This document shows positions 55,818 through 56,911 of a stretch of DNA of 56,911 nucleotides, piece after piece. Source of the stretch: a virus (Duplodnaviria; Caudoviricetes). Both the position numbers and the translations under genes were made by a program. Below the pieces are notes generated by a model. It was not told the DNA's origin, searched no databases, and was given only the letters and a program-made list of their open reading frames with translations. The stretch spans positions 1-56,911 of IMG/VR virus record IMGVR_UViG_3300023179_000128; one strand, written 5' to 3'. The stretch's first letter is position 1, and each line of letters starts with the position of its first letter.

Positions 55818-56911
55818 ATGTCATCTTTTAAAAGAATTAATGTATCTGACTCGTTTGTAGTTCCTTATGTAGCAAATAAGAACTGGGACATTTTATCTAG
55901 TTCTTTTGCTGAGAAACAAATAACAGTCAATGTAGGCGTTAACATAACCAGTTCAGTATTTGATCCAATTGATGAGAATAATACTAATGGAAGTTATGAT
56001 CGTTTAATATACGATGTTGTTAACTCCACTTATTATCCTAACTTTTTACCATCAGGATCTGTAGTAACAGCTTCAAGACAAAGTACTATCTTAAATGATG
56101 GTACCTTATCAACATCATCATATTATAATGGATTTGTTGAATTAGGAAACTTAGATACTATAAAGTATTTTCCTACACAATCAAACTCAGTCATTTACAC
56201 TATAAACATCCCTCGTCAGTTAACTGGTGAAGGAGTTTTACCTACTACATTTGAAATATATTTTAATAAACAAGCTACTTGTGAAAATTTTAGTATTACA
56301 AATACTGGATTTGGACCCGCGGATGTAGAGTATGTTTTATGTGGTGAAACAGGTTATACATCAGAAACAATATTAACATCAACTACAGTTTATAGATGTA
56401 TTGATAGTAGTGTTCCTATTAATGTTATTAATGGAACTGTAACTACATCTTCTTTAGGTTCTTGTACATCATCTCTATCAACATATAGTAAAATATATGA
56501 TGATGGAAATTATAACTTATTATATAGTGGAAGTAATGTGAGTTCATCTATCAATACATTATTATCTCAAAGTTCATATGTAGGTAATGTATTTTATGAA
56601 CAAAATATTGCTATTTTAACTATTATACCTAACAATATTAGATTAACAGGATGGAGAGGAATTAATCCTTATTGTGTCCAAACATCACCATCACCTACAC
56701 CAACAGTAACACCAACTAAAACACCAACACCAACTGTAACACCAACAATAACAATAACACCAACTAAAACACCAACACCAACTGTAACACCAACAATAAC
56801 AGTAACACCAACAATAAGTGTCACACCTAATGTCACATCTACTCCAACACCAACTATAACACCTACTGTAACACCAACAATAACTGTAACACCAACACCA
56901 ACTGTAACACC
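55818..56911 (+). CDS. Structural/fibre protein with Pro/Thr-rich repeats, 3'-truncated
   Basis: Open from ATG 55818 ([11 protein letters not shown]) to window end; absent from track because no stop. Confidence 0.8.
   Translation, partial: MSSFKRINVSDSFVVPYVANKNWDILSSSFAEKQITVNVGVNITSSVFDPIDENNTNGSYDRLIYDVVNSTYYPNFLPSGSVVTASRQSTILNDGTLSTSSYYNGFVELGNLDTIKYFPTQSNSVIYTINIPRQLTGEGVLPTTFEIYFNKQATCENFSITNTGFGPADVEYVLCGETGYTSETILTSTTVYRCIDSSVPINVINGTVTTSSLGSCTSSLSTYSKIYDDGNYNLLYSGSNVSSSINTLLSQSSYVGNVFYEQNIAILTIIPNNIRLTGWRGINPYCVQTSPSPTPTVTPTKTPTPTVTPTITITPTKTPTPTVTPTITVTPTISVTPNVTSTPTPTITPTVTPTITVTPTPTVT
56682..56911 (+). repeat. Mucin-like (TP/TPT) coding repeat
   Basis: [22 protein letters not shown]...; ~47-bp unit duplicated at 56707 and 56755. 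Confidence 0.9.

Noticed and set aside
1-56911. Stop-codon reassignment, introns or inteins
   Set aside because: Conserved genes are full length in the standard code, TAA/TAG/TGA all end genes, and no intervening sequences are evident

Overview
An AT-rich, gene-dense 57-kb segment of a large myovirus-type bacteriophage. Essentially all genes are on the + strand, in the standard genetic code. The host is probably Bacteroidota: promoters end in a TAnnTTTA box about 20 nt after TTG, and leaders are A-rich without Shine-Dalgarno motifs. Layout: (1) 1-8 kb, exported NlpC/P60 and nuclease genes, clamp loader and a PD-(D/E)XK nuclease; (2) 8-18.4 kb, an 11-gene glycosylation cluster (GT4 x2, GT2 x2, RmlD, Glf, epimerase, deacetylase); (3) 18.4-39.6 kb, an early/accessory region with DNA ligase, thioredoxin, DUF932, RadA-like ATPase, VWA-metallopeptidase/MoxR, GIY-YIG and HD genes plus many small ORFs, punctuated by a fixed-spacing TGACC-N13-TAWMTTTA element (17 copies in the window); (4) 39.9-56.9 kb, a gp55-like sigma factor, baseplate genes, a GH19 endolysin and a truncated Pro/Thr-repeat protein. 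The most unusual signals are non-coding: the cassette-like promoter family, a 3'-UTR antisense to its leaders, a long-range RNA stem enclosing one ORF, and a 29.6-30.1 kb locus with iteron-like repeats, a pseudoknot and a tRNA-like RNA lacking a normal anticodon arm. All calls are by eye from motifs; no searches were run.
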